From positions 25,485 to 89,484 of the forward strand of contig JBLNEW010000027.1 of the NCBI GenBank assembly GCA_050263095.1: DNA of 64,000 nt, given 5' to 3'. The stretch's first letter is position 1. Every line of letters begins with the position of its first letter. This DNA is from Deltaproteobacteria bacterium. Its GTDB lineage: Bacteria > Desulfobacterota > Deferrimicrobia > Deferrimicrobiales > Deferrimicrobiaceae. The translations under genes were made by a program, and so were the position numbers. Under the pieces are notes generated by a model, which saw only the letters and a list, made by a program, of their open reading frames with translations, was not told where the DNA came from and searched no databases. Positions 47,671 through 57,835 of the stretch are shown here, piece by piece.

Positions 47671-49371
47671 CTATCTGAAAAACGGCAATACGTCATCGTA
47701 TGTTACCATCCCCCGGCGCAGCAGGTCATTCACCGACTCGAGACCCGAGTAGAACTCCTCCTGCAGCAGGAGCCCGAGCTTTTCCTCCAGCCACACGTCC
47801 GAGGCCACGAGGTTCTCGACGGCCGGCGTGAACGGCAGCAGGTCCACGAGCGCCATCTTCCCCGAGAATCCCGTCCCTCCGCAATGCGGGCAGCCCGCGG
47901 GGATGTATAACGAGGACCCCTCGACGATCTTCTCGAGCTGGTCGCGGTATCTCTCCCCCACCATCCGGAGGGACGGCTTCGCCGGGACGGGGCGTCGGCA
48001 CTCCTGGCAGAGGAGGTTCACCAGCCGCTGGTGCATGACGATCCGCACTACGCGCGCCATGATGAACGGGTCCACGTCCAGGGAGAGCAGGGTGCGCAGC
48101 GTCCTGTCGAAATTGAACCGGCGAATGCCGCACAAAACGGTCACGCCGCCTTGAGCCAGATGTATCAGGTCCGAAAAGTCGGACGGATCGGATACGTTCT
48201 CTATCATCAGGGCGCCAGGCTCCAGCGATTCGGCGAGGCGCACCCAGTTCCCGGCGAACTGTTTGTCTACGTCGCGTCGCTCAAGCTGTATGAATCCCTC
48301 GTTCCGGAACCGGAACTGCTCCTCGACTGTCACCACGCGGGTCCGCGGACGGTAGACCTCCCTAAGCAGGGCGAACAGGGTCGTGGCGATGCCCTCGGGC
48401 CCCGGCGACGACAGGAGGTATAGCCCGCTTGCCTTGGCCAGGACCCTCCGCGTGATGTCGATCTGCTCCTGGTTCATGCCTACGGAATCCAGCGTGATCC
48501 CCGCCCTCTGGTTCGGCAGCATCTTGACGATCACCTCCACCCCGGACAGGCCGCGCACGAAACTGAGCTTGAACGAGGAGACGCCCGAAGCGGACTCCAG
48601 CTGGAAGATGCGTTCGGAAACCCCTCCGATCGGGGCCGCAATTTGCGCCAGTTCCGCGAAGGCGTCTATCAGGAGGCGCCGGAAACGCAGCGGCAGCGAC
48701 AGGAGCAGCTCCGAACCCGATTCCTTCCTGCCCTTGAGCAGCGCCTTCTCCCCGGCCGGGAACAGCCTGACGCTCGTGATCCCTATCGCCGCGGCATGAA
48801 GGAGCACCTTCTCCACGACCCGCCTGGCCCCTCCCTGGGAAACCCATTTTTCCGCCTCCTCGCCGCTTATGAGGCCGCCGGAGACGTCGCCCGAAGAAAG
48901 CTGGAAGGAGTCGGGATAGAACCGTCCAAGGATCGCGGCGATAGTGCGGCGCGGGCAGACCACGATCCGGACGCGCAGGCCTGTCTTGGACTCGATGGCG
49001 GAAAAGACCTCGTGGCAGAAGGGGTCGGCCACCGCAAGCGTCAGCCGGCCGTTCTCCTTCGAAATCGGCGCCACCAGGTTCTCGCGGGCGAGCGATTCCG
49101 GCAGGATGCCGCCGAGGGACAGCGGGACGGACTCGGGATCTATCTCCAGGAAGGAGATGCCCAGCCTTTCGGCCAGCACCCATCCCTTGGCGTCCTGATC
49201 CAGGAGGTTATCGAGCAGCGCGGCCTCGACAGGGTCGATTCCGCGGTTGGCCGCCTTGACCTTCAAGGCCTGGACTGCATCGGAAGAGATGTAGCCGAGC
49301 CTGAGGAACGTCTCCAGCAGCTCCGTTTGGGATCCGCCCACGTCGGCCCGCCTTTTCATCGTTGTTTTCAA
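47671..49371 (-). CDS. GspE/PilB-like secretion ATPase homologue with a degenerate Walker A (probable pseudo-ATPase)
   Basis: N-terminal GspE_N-like domain. The core aligns to GspE, but GPTGSGKST is replaced by SPGPEGIATT (no Lys). The C-terminal tetracysteine motif is retained (CQECRR...CPHCGG). Confidence 0.6.
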   Translation of the reverse strand: MKTTMKRRADVGGSQTELLETFLRLGYISSDAVQALKVKAANRGIDPVEAALLDNLLDQDAKGWVLAERLGISFLEIDPESVPLSLGGILPESLARENLVAPISKENGRLTLAVADPFCHEVFSAIESKTGLRVRIVVCPRRTIAAILGRFYPDSFQLSSGDVSGGLISGEEAEKWVSQGGARRVVEKVLLHAAAIGITSVRLFPAGEKALLKGRKESGSELLLSLPLRFRRLLIDAFAELAQIAAPIGGVSERIFQLESASGVSSFKLSFVRGLSGVEVIVKMLPNQRAGITLDSVGMNQEQIDITRRVLAKASGLYLLSSPGPEGIATTLFALLREVYRPRTRVVTVEEQFRFRNEGFIQLERRDVDKQFAGNWVRLAESLEPGALMIENVSDPSDFSDLIHLAQGGVTVLCGIRRFNFDRTLRTLLSLDVDPFIMARVVRIVMHQRLVNLLCQECRRPVPAKPSLRMVGERYRDQLEKIVEGSSLYIPAGCPHCGGTGFSGKMALVDLLPFTPAVENLVASDVWLEEKLGLLLQEEFYSGLESVNDLLRRGMVTYDDVLPFFR

Positions 49372-49443
49372 CTTTATAAAAAAGGGGGGGGAAAGTAAAA
49401 TGATTACTATTCTGCCAAACCGCCAGAATTCCGGAGGAAAAGA

Positions 49444-50364
49444 GTGAAAGGAAATATGTTGCGGGCCGTGGTTTACATCCTTGCGTCATGTCTTGCGGCA
49501 GGCGGCTGCATGGTCACAAGCTCCAAGTACGAGATGAAGACCAAGGAGGCCGACACCCTCCGGGACGCGGTCGCCTCGGCCAACAAGGAGAAAACCGTTC
49601 TGGCTGCAAGGAACGAAGCGCTCCAGAAGCAGCTTGCCGACCTCAAGAATTCGGAAGCGGCGCTTTCGGCGCGCATCCAGGCGCAGGATGAGGAGATAAG
49701 GCGTTTCGGGGAGGAGTTCGCCTCGGCGCGTAAAAACTACGAGGGAACCCGCATAACCCGCGAGCAGTTCATCACCGAGCTGCTTGAGAAGGAGAAGGCC
49801 ACGGGCAAGCGGATCCAGGAACTGAACGCGAAAGCGCAGGCGTGCGAGGCATCTCTGGAAGCGCTTCGCAGGGAAGCCGCGGCCCGCGACACCGAGCTGG
49901 GGCATTTACGGGATCAGGAAGGGAAACCCGTCGATAACGAGGCGCTGAAAAGGGAACGCGACACCTTGCTGGGACGCGTGGAACGCCTCACGGAGGAGCA
50001 CAGGAACGAGGAAAAGCGCAGGGACGACCGGTTCGCCGCGCTCGCCGGGTCCATAGGCAAAATATCCGGCAACGCCGCGGTACATGTCCTGGGACCCTCC
50101 CTGAGCGTGTCACTTCCGGAAAACCTGCTGTTTCAGAAAGGCAAGACCGTCCTTTCCGAAACCGGCAGGAAGGTCGCCGCCTCGGTAGGCAAGGTTGCGA
50201 CGGAGTTCCCCTCGGCCTCGATCGTCATTTCGGCGGGAAACAAGAAGATCGCCGGGGATATCCGGGCGGCACTGGCCAATCCGGGGAAGATTCCGCCGGA
50301 TCGCATACTCACAAGGGTGCGGGAAAAGGAAAAGGGCGCGGAACTTCTGCTGCTGGTCCCTTAA
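49444..50364 (+). CDS. Coiled-coil lipoprotein with a C-terminal OmpA-like domain
   Basis: Lipobox LAAGGC. A long heptad-like region (LQKQLADLKNSEAALSARIQAQDEEIRRF...). C-terminal SLPENLLFQKGKTVLSETG... resembles the OmpA_C core. Confidence 0.5.
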   Translation: MKGNMLRAVVYILASCLAAGGCMVTSSKYEMKTKEADTLRDAVASANKEKTVLAARNEALQKQLADLKNSEAALSARIQAQDEEIRRFGEEFASARKNYEGTRITREQFITELLEKEKATGKRIQELNAKAQACEASLEALRREAAARDTELGHLRDQEGKPVDNEALKRERDTLLGRVERLTEEHRNEEKRRDDRFAALAGSIGKISGNAAVHVLGPSLSVSLPENLLFQKGKTVLSETGRKVAASVGKVATEFPSASIVISAGNKKIAGDIRAALANPGKIPPDRILTRVREKEKGAELLLLVP

Positions 50365-50430
50365 CCCCCGGCGTACGTTATGTGCTATTTTGGGAAGTCG
50401 CGAAATCGCATCCGTTAAGGAGGAGCGGGG

Positions 50431-51036
50431 ATGGATGTCTTCGAGGCGATGAAGGGTCGGCAAAGCGTGCGCAAGTTCCGCAAGGATCCGGTCCCCAGGC
50501 CGCTTCTGCTCAAGATGGTGGAGGCGGCGACGTGGGCGCCGTCGGCGGGCAACGCGCAGAACGTCCGGTTCATCATCGTCGAGGACAAGGAACTCCTGAC
50601 CAGGATGAAGGGAATAGTGGACGAAGTGGTGTCACGTACCACAGGGAAGTCCATCGCCCAGGACAAGATAAACAATTACAACCTGTTCTGGGGCGCTCCC
50701 GCAGCCGTTTGCGCGGTCGGATCGCCGTACGAATCCGCTACCGACCGCCTGCTGCGCGAAAAGGACCCTGAGAGGCACCGGACACGCCGGTTCCAGGTCA
50801 ACGCCGGGCTGCAAAGCGTCTCGGCGGCGGTCACGCAGTTCCTTCTCGCCGCGCATGCGTTGGGATACGGGACGTGCTGGATGACCGGGCCGCTTATCGC
50901 GAAGGCGGAGCTGGAATCGGCCCTGTCGATCCGCTTCCCCGACGAGCTCCTCTCGATGATCGCGATCGGTAAGCCGGACTCCCCTCCGTCGAAACCCCCC
51001 CGCAAGCCGGCTGCCGAGGTCACGGAATTCCGGTAG
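50431..51036 (+). CDS. Nitroreductase-family flavoprotein
   Basis: RQSVRKF...APSAGNAQNVRFIIV...CWMTGP pattern of the NfnB/NfsA fold. Confidence 0.75.
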   Translation: MDVFEAMKGRQSVRKFRKDPVPRPLLLKMVEAATWAPSAGNAQNVRFIIVEDKELLTRMKGIVDEVVSRTTGKSIAQDKINNYNLFWGAPAAVCAVGSPYESATDRLLREKDPERHRTRRFQVNAGLQSVSAAVTQFLLAAHALGYGTCWMTGPLIAKAELESALSIRFPDELLSMIAIGKPDSPPSKPPRKPAAEVTEFR

Positions 51037-52294
51037 GAGCCGTCTTCTCGATCCGGAGGCGCCGGATCCGGTAGCGCTCGGTTTCCGCAACCGTGATCCG
51101 GTATCCGTGGGCAAGGAACGTCACCATGCCTTCCGGGACATCCTGCAGGTAATCCATCACGAACCCTCCCGCGGTCTCGTACGCGGCACCCTGGGGTATG
51201 TCGATGCCGTACTCCTCGCGGAGCACCCGGACCGGCGTCGAAGCGGGGACCGACAGGGCCCCGTCCTTTTCCCACTCAGGCCCGTCCTGCGTTTCTGCTC
51301 CGTCGGCGAGCCTGCCTACGATCTTTTCCAGCAGGTCGTGGATCGTGATAACGCCGCAAAGCTTGCCGTGCTCGTCGATCGCCACCGCCATGTGCACGTT
51401 TGCGCGCTGGAACCGGCGCAACAGGTCCGAAACCTTCATCGACCCGGGAACGTACATCGGCTTTTCGAGAAAACCTTCCCAACGCCCGTCCGGCGGCAGC
51501 CGGAACAGGCTGGACGAGGACAGGATTCCCACCACCTCCTCTCCGCTGCGGGACAGCACCGGATACCTCGAGTAGCCGGATTCCCCGACGATCCCGGTCA
51601 CTTCGTCGTGCGGAGTGCCTTCCCGCAGGAACACGACCGCCGCCCAGGGCGTCATTCCTTCCGCGACAGTTGTATCCCCGAACCGAAGGACACCCTCTAT
51701 CATCTTCTCCTCGGTGGCGTCGATCGTCCCGTGCTCCGCCCCCTCCTCGATGACGTCCAGGATCCCCTCCTCGGATCCGAACCGGATGTCCATAAGCGCC
51801 TCGGGGGAGTATCGCCCGCCGAAAAGAAGCCTGCCCAGGCCGTCGAAGAGGCGGGCAGGCAGGACCGAAGCGCGCAGCGCCGCCAGGCAGACTCCTTCCC
51901 AGCGCAGGAACCGCCGCGGGTTCGCCATCGTCCCGCATGCCGCGACGTTTTCCAGGAAGAAGAGAAAAAGGAGGTAGGCAGCCAGCCAGCCGGCCCCGGC
52001 GCCGACGCCGGTCCATCCTCCGAGGGCGTGCCCCAGCGCAACGGACGACGCTCCTGCCGCGAGCGCCGAGGCTGCTTTCAGGACGCATGCCAGCGCCCAA
52101 AGGGAAAAGGGGTGCCGGAACGACGGATCGCGCACCGCTGCGAGCAGGCGCGCAGCCTTCCCGTCGCCGCGCACGCTTTCCTCTGCCAGCCCCTCCTCCC
52201 CCAGGATCAGAAGGGAGGACCTGATCGCCGTCGCCGCGGACGCGGCTAGGGACAGGACAAGCGCAGGCAGCGCCAGCAGCAGGTACGTCTTCAT
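51020..52294 (-). CDS. CNNM/CorC-HlyC family membrane protein (DUF21, CBS pair, CorC_HlyC)
   Basis: N-terminal four-transmembrane DUF21, a CBS pair (MTPWAAVVFL...SRYPVL...), and C-terminal YRITVAETERYRIRRLRIEK. Confidence 0.7.
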   Translation of the reverse strand: MKTYLLLALPALVLSLAASAATAIRSSLLILGEEGLAEESVRGDGKAARLLAAVRDPSFRHPFSLWALACVLKAASALAAGASSVALGHALGGWTGVGAGAGWLAAYLLFLFFLENVAACGTMANPRRFLRWEGVCLAALRASVLPARLFDGLGRLLFGGRYSPEALMDIRFGSEEGILDVIEEGAEHGTIDATEEKMIEGVLRFGDTTVAEGMTPWAAVVFLREGTPHDEVTGIVGESGYSRYPVLSRSGEEVVGILSSSSLFRLPPDGRWEGFLEKPMYVPGSMKVSDLLRRFQRANVHMAVAIDEHGKLCGVITIHDLLEKIVGRLADGAETQDGPEWEKDGALSVPASTPVRVLREEYGIDIPQGAAYETAGGFVMDYLQDVPEGMVTFLAHGYRITVAETERYRIRRLRIEKTAPTGIP

Positions 52295-52346
52295 TTCTTC
52301 ACTATATCCGATTCTGCTATAGTGAAAAGGCCCGCATGGAGATCCG

Positions 52347-53318
52347 ATGAACAGCGTCGCGTTCGTCTATCATCCCGACTATCTTCTGCATGTTCCCCCC
52401 TTCGAGCATCCGGAGTCCCCGGAACGGCTCGAGGCCATCAACCGGCACCTGGCGGACAGGGGACTCCTCGACAACATGGTTCCCGTGACGCCGGACTACC
52501 CGGACGAAACCGACATCCTGCGCGTCCACGATCCTTCCTACCTTCGCAAGATCGAGATGGCCTGCCGGCGCGGCGACCTGACGCTGGATGCGGAAGACAC
52601 CTATCTCAGCAGCAACTCCTACACGGTCGCCCTGCTTTCGGCGGGCGGCGCGATTGCGGGAGCGGAATCCGTGGCCACCGGCAAAACCCGCCGCGCGTTC
52701 TGCGCGATACGCCCGCCCGGCCACCACGCCGACAGCCGGACGGGCATGGGCTTCTGCCTCCTGAACAACGTGGCCATCGCGGCCCGTTACCTGCAGGCGC
52801 GGCACGGAATTTCCCGGATCTTCATCGTGGACTGGGACGTGCACCATGGTAACGGAACGCAGAACATCTTCCTGGAGGATCCTTCCGTCTACTTCTTCAG
52901 CATCCACGAGCACCCCTCCTTTCTCTACCCGGGAACGGGCAGGAGGTGGGAAACGGGCAGGGGGGCGGGAGAGGGAACGACGCTGAACGCGCCGATGGCG
53001 CCCGGGGCGGGGGACGACGAGTACCGGCTGGCGTTCGAGCAGATGCTGCGCCCGGCCATGGAGGCCTTCCGCCCGGAGATGATCCTCGTCTCCGCCGGGT
53101 TCGACGCCCACAAGGACGACCCGCTGGCCGACATCCAGCTTACCGAGGAAGGATTCCGGTTCATGACGCGGTTCGTCGTCGAGATGGCCGACAGGCATTG
53201 CGGCGGAAGAGTCGTCTCCCTGCTCGAGGGGGGATACGATCTCGCATCCGTCACAACATCGGTGGAAGCGCATCTGCAGGAACTGTTCGGGGATATGCTA
53301 CGGAAAGAGGAGGAATAA
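52347..53318 (+). CDS. Histone-deacetylase-family amidohydrolase (AcuC/HDAC-like)
   Basis: FCAIRPPGHHA, IVDWDVHHGNGTQ, SAGFDAHKDDPL zinc/active-site blocks. Confidence 0.85.
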   Translation: MNSVAFVYHPDYLLHVPPFEHPESPERLEAINRHLADRGLLDNMVPVTPDYPDETDILRVHDPSYLRKIEMACRRGDLTLDAEDTYLSSNSYTVALLSAGGAIAGAESVATGKTRRAFCAIRPPGHHADSRTGMGFCLLNNVAIAARYLQARHGISRIFIVDWDVHHGNGTQNIFLEDPSVYFFSIHEHPSFLYPGTGRRWETGRGAGEGTTLNAPMAPGAGDDEYRLAFEQMLRPAMEAFRPEMILVSAGFDAHKDDPLADIQLTEEGFRFMTRFVVEMADRHCGGRVVSLLEGGYDLASVTTSVEAHLQELFGDMLRKEEE

Positions 53319-53321
53319 GCC

Positions 53322-53981
53322 ATGTTCGTCGTCAGGAGAATGCAGCGAAACGTCGTCACGATATCCCCGATCGCGTCGCTTTTCGAGGCCCGCGAGAGAA
53401 TGCGGCGCCACAACATCCACCAGCTCCCGGTGGCGGACGGGAACGGCAAGCTCATCGGCATCCTGTCCAACCGCGACATACGGGAGGCGACGCTGCCGGT
53501 CGCGCTCCTGCGGGGCGCGACGGAGAAGGAGGCCGAAGACCTCCTCAAGGAGACCCTCGTCGAGAAGGTGATGACGCGGAAGGTCGTCACGGCCACGCTC
53601 GCGGACACCCTGGAGGACGCCCTTGTCCTCCTGCACGATTTCCGCGTGAACTCCCTCCCGGTGCTCGACAGCGAAGGACGGGTCTCGGGGATCATCTCCC
53701 GGACCGACGTCCTGAAGGCGTTCATAGAGGTGCTGGGCGTCGGAGAAATAAGCTCCAGGCTGGAAGTCGTGGTGCCGGACCGTCCGGGGGGGCTGGCGCA
53801 GATCATTTCCATAATCAAGGGATTCAAGGTCAACATCACCAGCGTCCTGACCACCGGGCACGCCGAGGAAGGAAAGCGGGCCATTTTCTTCCGCGTCGCC
53901 ACGCTGAACGTCGCCCCGCTGAAAAAAGCGATCCAGGAGGCGGGATTCCAGATACTCGATCCGTTGTCCTTTCACCTATGA
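53322..53981 (+). CDS. CBS-pair plus ACT domain protein (AcuB-like), paralogue of 41951..42589
   Basis: CBS motifs (VTISPIASLFEARERMRRHNIHQLPV; VVTATLADTLEDALVLLHDFRVNSLPV) and a C-terminal ACT-like region. Confidence 0.65.
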   Translation: MFVVRRMQRNVVTISPIASLFEARERMRRHNIHQLPVADGNGKLIGILSNRDIREATLPVALLRGATEKEAEDLLKETLVEKVMTRKVVTATLADTLEDALVLLHDFRVNSLPVLDSEGRVSGIISRTDVLKAFIEVLGVGEISSRLEVVVPDRPGGLAQIISIIKGFKVNITSVLTTGHAEEGKRAIFFRVATLNVAPLKKAIQEAGFQILDPLSFHL

Positions 53982-54979
53982 AGGCGATGCTGCTTTCCGC
54001 AATCAAGCCGGTGGCGGCTGCGCCCCTGGCGCTTGCGGAGCTGCCCGTCCCTTCGCCCGGGCCGGGCGAGATCCTCGTGAAGGTGGCTGCCTGCGGCATC
54101 TGCCGGACCGACCTGCACGTGATCGAGGGCGATCTCCCCCCGGCCCGGCTCCCGCTGGTCCCCGGGCACCAGGTAGTCGGGACGGTTGACTTGCGTGGAG
54201 AGGGCGCGAATCGCTTTCCCCCGGGAGCGAGGGTCGGGATCGCGTGGCTGCGGCACACTTGCGGATCGTGCGCCTTCTGCGCGGCGGGGAAGGAAAACCT
54301 GTGCGAAGCGCCGCTGTTCACGGGCTATCACCGGGACGGGGGATTCGCTGAGTACGCTGTCGTTCCGGAGGCGTTCGCCTATCCGATCCCTTCGGCGTTC
54401 TCCGACGCGGAGGCCGCGCCGCTTTTATGCGCCGGCATCATCGGATACAGGGCATTGCGGCGCGCCGAGCTTCCCCGGGGAGGGCGGCTGGCGATCTACG
54501 GATTCGGATCTTCCGCGCACATCGTCATCCAGCTTGCGCTCCACAGGGGCTGCGAGGTATTCGTCTGCACGCGCGGGGAACTCCACCGGAAGCTCGCACT
54601 CGGGATGGGCGCCTCCTGGGCGGGTGAGAACCCGGACGAGATACCGGTCCCCGCGGATTCGGCGATCATTTTCGCCCCGGCCGGGGAGCTTGTGCCGCCC
54701 GCGCTGCGGGCGCTCAAAAAAGGCGGGACGCTGTCGCTGGCGGGCATCCACATGAGCGACGTCCCCTCCATGAAATACGGGGAATGCCTCTTTTACGAGA
54801 AGAACGTGCGCAGCGTCACCGCAAACACCCGGAAGGACGGCCTCGATCTTCTGCGGGAGGCGGCGGAGATCCCGGTACGCCCCAAGGCGATCCTCTTCCC
54901 GCTCGCCGAGGCCAACCGCGCCCTCCAGATGCTCAAGGCCGACGAGATCCAGGGCACGGGCGTCCTCGTCGTCTCCTGA
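53978..54979 (+). CDS. Zinc-dependent alcohol dehydrogenase (MDR family)
   Basis: GICRTDLHV...GHQVVG (catalytic Zn), CGSCAFCAAGKENLC (structural Zn), GFGSSAH nucleotide fold. The ATG overlaps the upstream stop (ATGA). Confidence 0.85.
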   Translation: MKAMLLSAIKPVAAAPLALAELPVPSPGPGEILVKVAACGICRTDLHVIEGDLPPARLPLVPGHQVVGTVDLRGEGANRFPPGARVGIAWLRHTCGSCAFCAAGKENLCEAPLFTGYHRDGGFAEYAVVPEAFAYPIPSAFSDAEAAPLLCAGIIGYRALRRAELPRGGRLAIYGFGSSAHIVIQLALHRGCEVFVCTRGELHRKLALGMGASWAGENPDEIPVPADSAIIFAPAGELVPPALRALKKGGTLSLAGIHMSDVPSMKYGECLFYEKNVRSVTANTRKDGLDLLREAAEIPVRPKAILFPLAEANRALQMLKADEIQGTGVLVVS

Positions 54980-55332
54980 CGCGCCGAGTCCGCAATCGGC
55001 GCACTCAGTGCCACGGGTACTCGCCCAAACGGAAGTCGCTGCGCCTCCGGCAGCTCCGTGCTCGCTCTCGCCTTCGGCTCCCCTGCATAGGGTATTACGT
55101 GCCAATCGATACTTCCCCGCTCTTCGGTCACCCTGTGCGGTCCACCAAGCCGGTTTGTTCCAAGACTGGTAATGCCGAACCGGACGGTTCCGCCTCGGCG
55201 ACCCGCTGCGCCGGACCTGCCATCGGCGTCTCGCGCCTTCCGTTGACGGGGCGTTACGCGGCGGGGAGCCCTCCGGGAGGAATCAAGCGGGACCAGGGAA
55301 CGCAGCCGGCCGCGGCGAACGGGAACTGAGGG

Positions 55333-56706
55333 CTACGCTTTTCCTTCCTTGCGCAGGATACCCTCGGCGGCGAGCATCCCGTTGAGGGCGGCGCCGACGA
55401 TCCCTCGGGACTTGCCCACGCCGTCCCCCGCGACGAACAGGTCGTGGACGTTCGTCTCAAGGTGCCGGTCCGTCTCGTACTTGGTGTCGTAGAACTTGAT
55501 CTCGGGCACATAGACGGTCGTGGACGGGTGCGATACGCCCGGGATGACACGGGACAGAAGCAGGAGGCTCTCCCGCAGGTTGTCGACGATCCTGCCGGGA
55601 TACGCGAACGATATGTCCCCCGGAGTGACTCCGGGCCCCGGCGGCAGCGTCGGCTCCATCTTGTCGAAGCCCAGCGCGGCGGAGTTGAACGTTTCAGGCT
55701 TGGAGCGCCTTCCGGCGGTCAAGTCCCCCCACCGCTGGACCACAAGGCTGTCCCCTCCGCCCCAGAAATTCGCGAACTCCATTATCTTCCGCCCCATCTC
55801 CGTTGTGTCCTGGAGCGGCTCCGTCATCGAGACCGTGTTGAGGATCGCGAAGTTGGTGCAATTGGTCTTCCGTTTTTTGAGCGCGTCCCCGTTGACCAGC
55901 CGGCAACCGTTCCTTATCTCCACGCGCACCCTGCCGCCCGGGTTCGTGCAGAAGGTGCGCGTTCTGTCCCCGTGCGTCGGAGTGACGAAAAGGAACTTGG
56001 GGTCGTAAAGGACGTGCGTGATCTCGTCGTAGACGGGCAGGGCCACTTCCACCCTGCACCCGATGTCGATCGCCCCCCACCGCGTTTTTACGCCGAGGGA
56101 ACGCGCGACCTCCCTGAACCAGTACGCGCCTTCCCTCCCCGGCGCGGCGACAAGGTATCGCGACGCGAAGCGCCCTTTGGAAGTAATGACCCTGAACGGT
56201 CCGCCGCGGTCCAGCCGGATATCCTCCACCTTCGTCCGAAGAGAGAAAGCCACGCCGTTCCCGGCGATCGATTCGGTCATCCGGGCCACGACCCTGTGCG
56301 CCATGTCGGTCCCCATGTGGCGCTGGCGCGCAGGAAGGAGCGTGATGTCCCACTCCCCCTTCGCCGTGGCGCGCCGGACCCAGGATACCCTGTCCAGCCA
56401 CAGGTTGATCCGGTCCGTGTCGACGCCGTAAAGGGTCTTGTCGGCGCCATGCTCCAGAAACGCCTCGTCGATCAGGGCGATCCTTGCGCCCGCTTCCTCC
56501 TTCGAAATCCGAAGCTCCTCCAGGTCGAGCCCGATCTGCGGCGAGAGGTTGAGCTTCCCGTCGGTCATCGCCCCGGAGCCGCCCGTGCGGCCCTTTTCTT
56601 CGAGCACCAGGACGGAAAGCCTGCCGGACAGCGCTTTCGCGGCGAACAGGCCCGCTGGGCCGGCGCCGATGACGATGACGTCCCAGATTTTAGCGCCTGG
56701 AGACAC
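55333..56706 (-). CDS. FAD-dependent oxidoreductase (COG2509-like)
   Basis: N-terminal WDVIVIGAGPAGLFAA dinucleotide-binding motif and C-terminal VAGDGVG..RGIVGA. Confidence 0.65.
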   Translation of the reverse strand: MSPGAKIWDVIVIGAGPAGLFAAKALSGRLSVLVLEEKGRTGGSGAMTDGKLNLSPQIGLDLEELRISKEEAGARIALIDEAFLEHGADKTLYGVDTDRINLWLDRVSWVRRATAKGEWDITLLPARQRHMGTDMAHRVVARMTESIAGNGVAFSLRTKVEDIRLDRGGPFRVITSKGRFASRYLVAAPGREGAYWFREVARSLGVKTRWGAIDIGCRVEVALPVYDEITHVLYDPKFLFVTPTHGDRTRTFCTNPGGRVRVEIRNGCRLVNGDALKKRKTNCTNFAILNTVSMTEPLQDTTEMGRKIMEFANFWGGGDSLVVQRWGDLTAGRRSKPETFNSAALGFDKMEPTLPPGPGVTPGDISFAYPGRIVDNLRESLLLLSRVIPGVSHPSTTVYVPEIKFYDTKYETDRHLETNVHDLFVAGDGVGKSRGIVGAALNGMLAAEGILRKEGKA

Positions 56707-57709
56707 GCGGACCTCCCGAAAGACGGAATGGGAGCACGGCGAATCCCTCGGATGCGAGGAACGCCTCCACTTTTCCCCGCTCTTCCGGGGCGCGAAGAAG
56801 GCCGAACGCCACCCCTCCCCCGCCTGCCCCGCACAACTTGACGCCGGTGACGCGTTTCCTGAATTCCCTCGATGCGAACGTCTTCTCCACCCTGATCGGA
56901 CAGACCCCGGAAGCCAGGGTTTTCCGGATCCTCCATTCGCGCGCTACGGCCTCCCCCGCGGCGTCGATCCGGCCGTCCCTCACCGCGTCCCACGCGTCGC
57001 GCGAGGCGGCCGCGATTCCGCGAAACCTGCGAAGGATCTCCGCATTGCCTTTCATGGCCCCGCGGATCATACGCCAGTTGACCTCGGCGGAATGGTGCGC
57101 CTTCCCGGATCCCGCGACGAACCCGTGCGACTCGAGCAGCCTGCCGGCGTCGCTGGCCGGCGAAATCCTTTCCGCCTCAACGCGGCCGGGCAGGAAGCGG
57201 ATCCCCTGGATGCCGCCCCGCAGCGCCGCGATGTGGTCCTGGCGTCCCGCAAGGCACCGCAGGTGCCCCGCCTCGATTTCCATCGCCGCGAGCGCCGTCT
57301 CCTCCCAGCCGCGCCTGAGGCCGAGATAGGCGTCCATGGCGATCATTGTAGCCACGAGGAGCGACGACGACGCCCCCAGCCCCGATCCCAGCGGCGCCTC
57401 GTTCCGGAAGCGGAGCTCCACTCCGCCGATCGGAGGGAAGAACCTCAGCGCGGCGGCGATCAGGCCGAGCTTGCCCTCCGCCGAAAACCGGTGCGTGTCG
57501 GCCGCGCTCGCCTTGATCGAAAAATCCTCCGAATGCAGGCGGGCGGGGCCGCGGACGGGCGTCACCTCCACGCGGCTGCGGATCCCGATCGCCGCGTTAA
57601 CCGTCATCGATCCCGGGACGAGGAGGTAGAGCGGGAATATGTCGAGCGTGCCCCCCGCCAGATCCACGCGGTTGGGGACGACCACGCTGATTCGTGAAGA
57701 GGTTAACAT
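56690..57709 (-). CDS. GHMP-family sugar kinase (possibly heptose-7-phosphate kinase)
   Basis: PLGSGLGASSS phosphate-binding loop. 339 aa. Lies next to gmhA. Confidence 0.55.
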   Translation of the reverse strand: MLTSSRISVVVPNRVDLAGGTLDIFPLYLLVPGSMTVNAAIGIRSRVEVTPVRGPARLHSEDFSIKASAADTHRFSAEGKLGLIAAALRFFPPIGGVELRFRNEAPLGSGLGASSSLLVATMIAMDAYLGLRRGWEETALAAMEIEAGHLRCLAGRQDHIAALRGGIQGIRFLPGRVEAERISPASDAGRLLESHGFVAGSGKAHHSAEVNWRMIRGAMKGNAEILRRFRGIAAASRDAWDAVRDGRIDAAGEAVAREWRIRKTLASGVCPIRVEKTFASREFRKRVTGVKLCGAGGGGVAFGLLRAPEERGKVEAFLASEGFAVLPFRLSGGPRVSRR

Positions 57710-57835
57710 GGGTCTCGCACCATCGTCGTTTTACCATGGTAGCCCCGGTCAGCGAAAGGCGCCATTTCCTTCTTGAAGGGGACGCGACAACACCGGTATA
57801 AATGAAATCATCCAAAGCGCTGGGAGGATCTCCGC

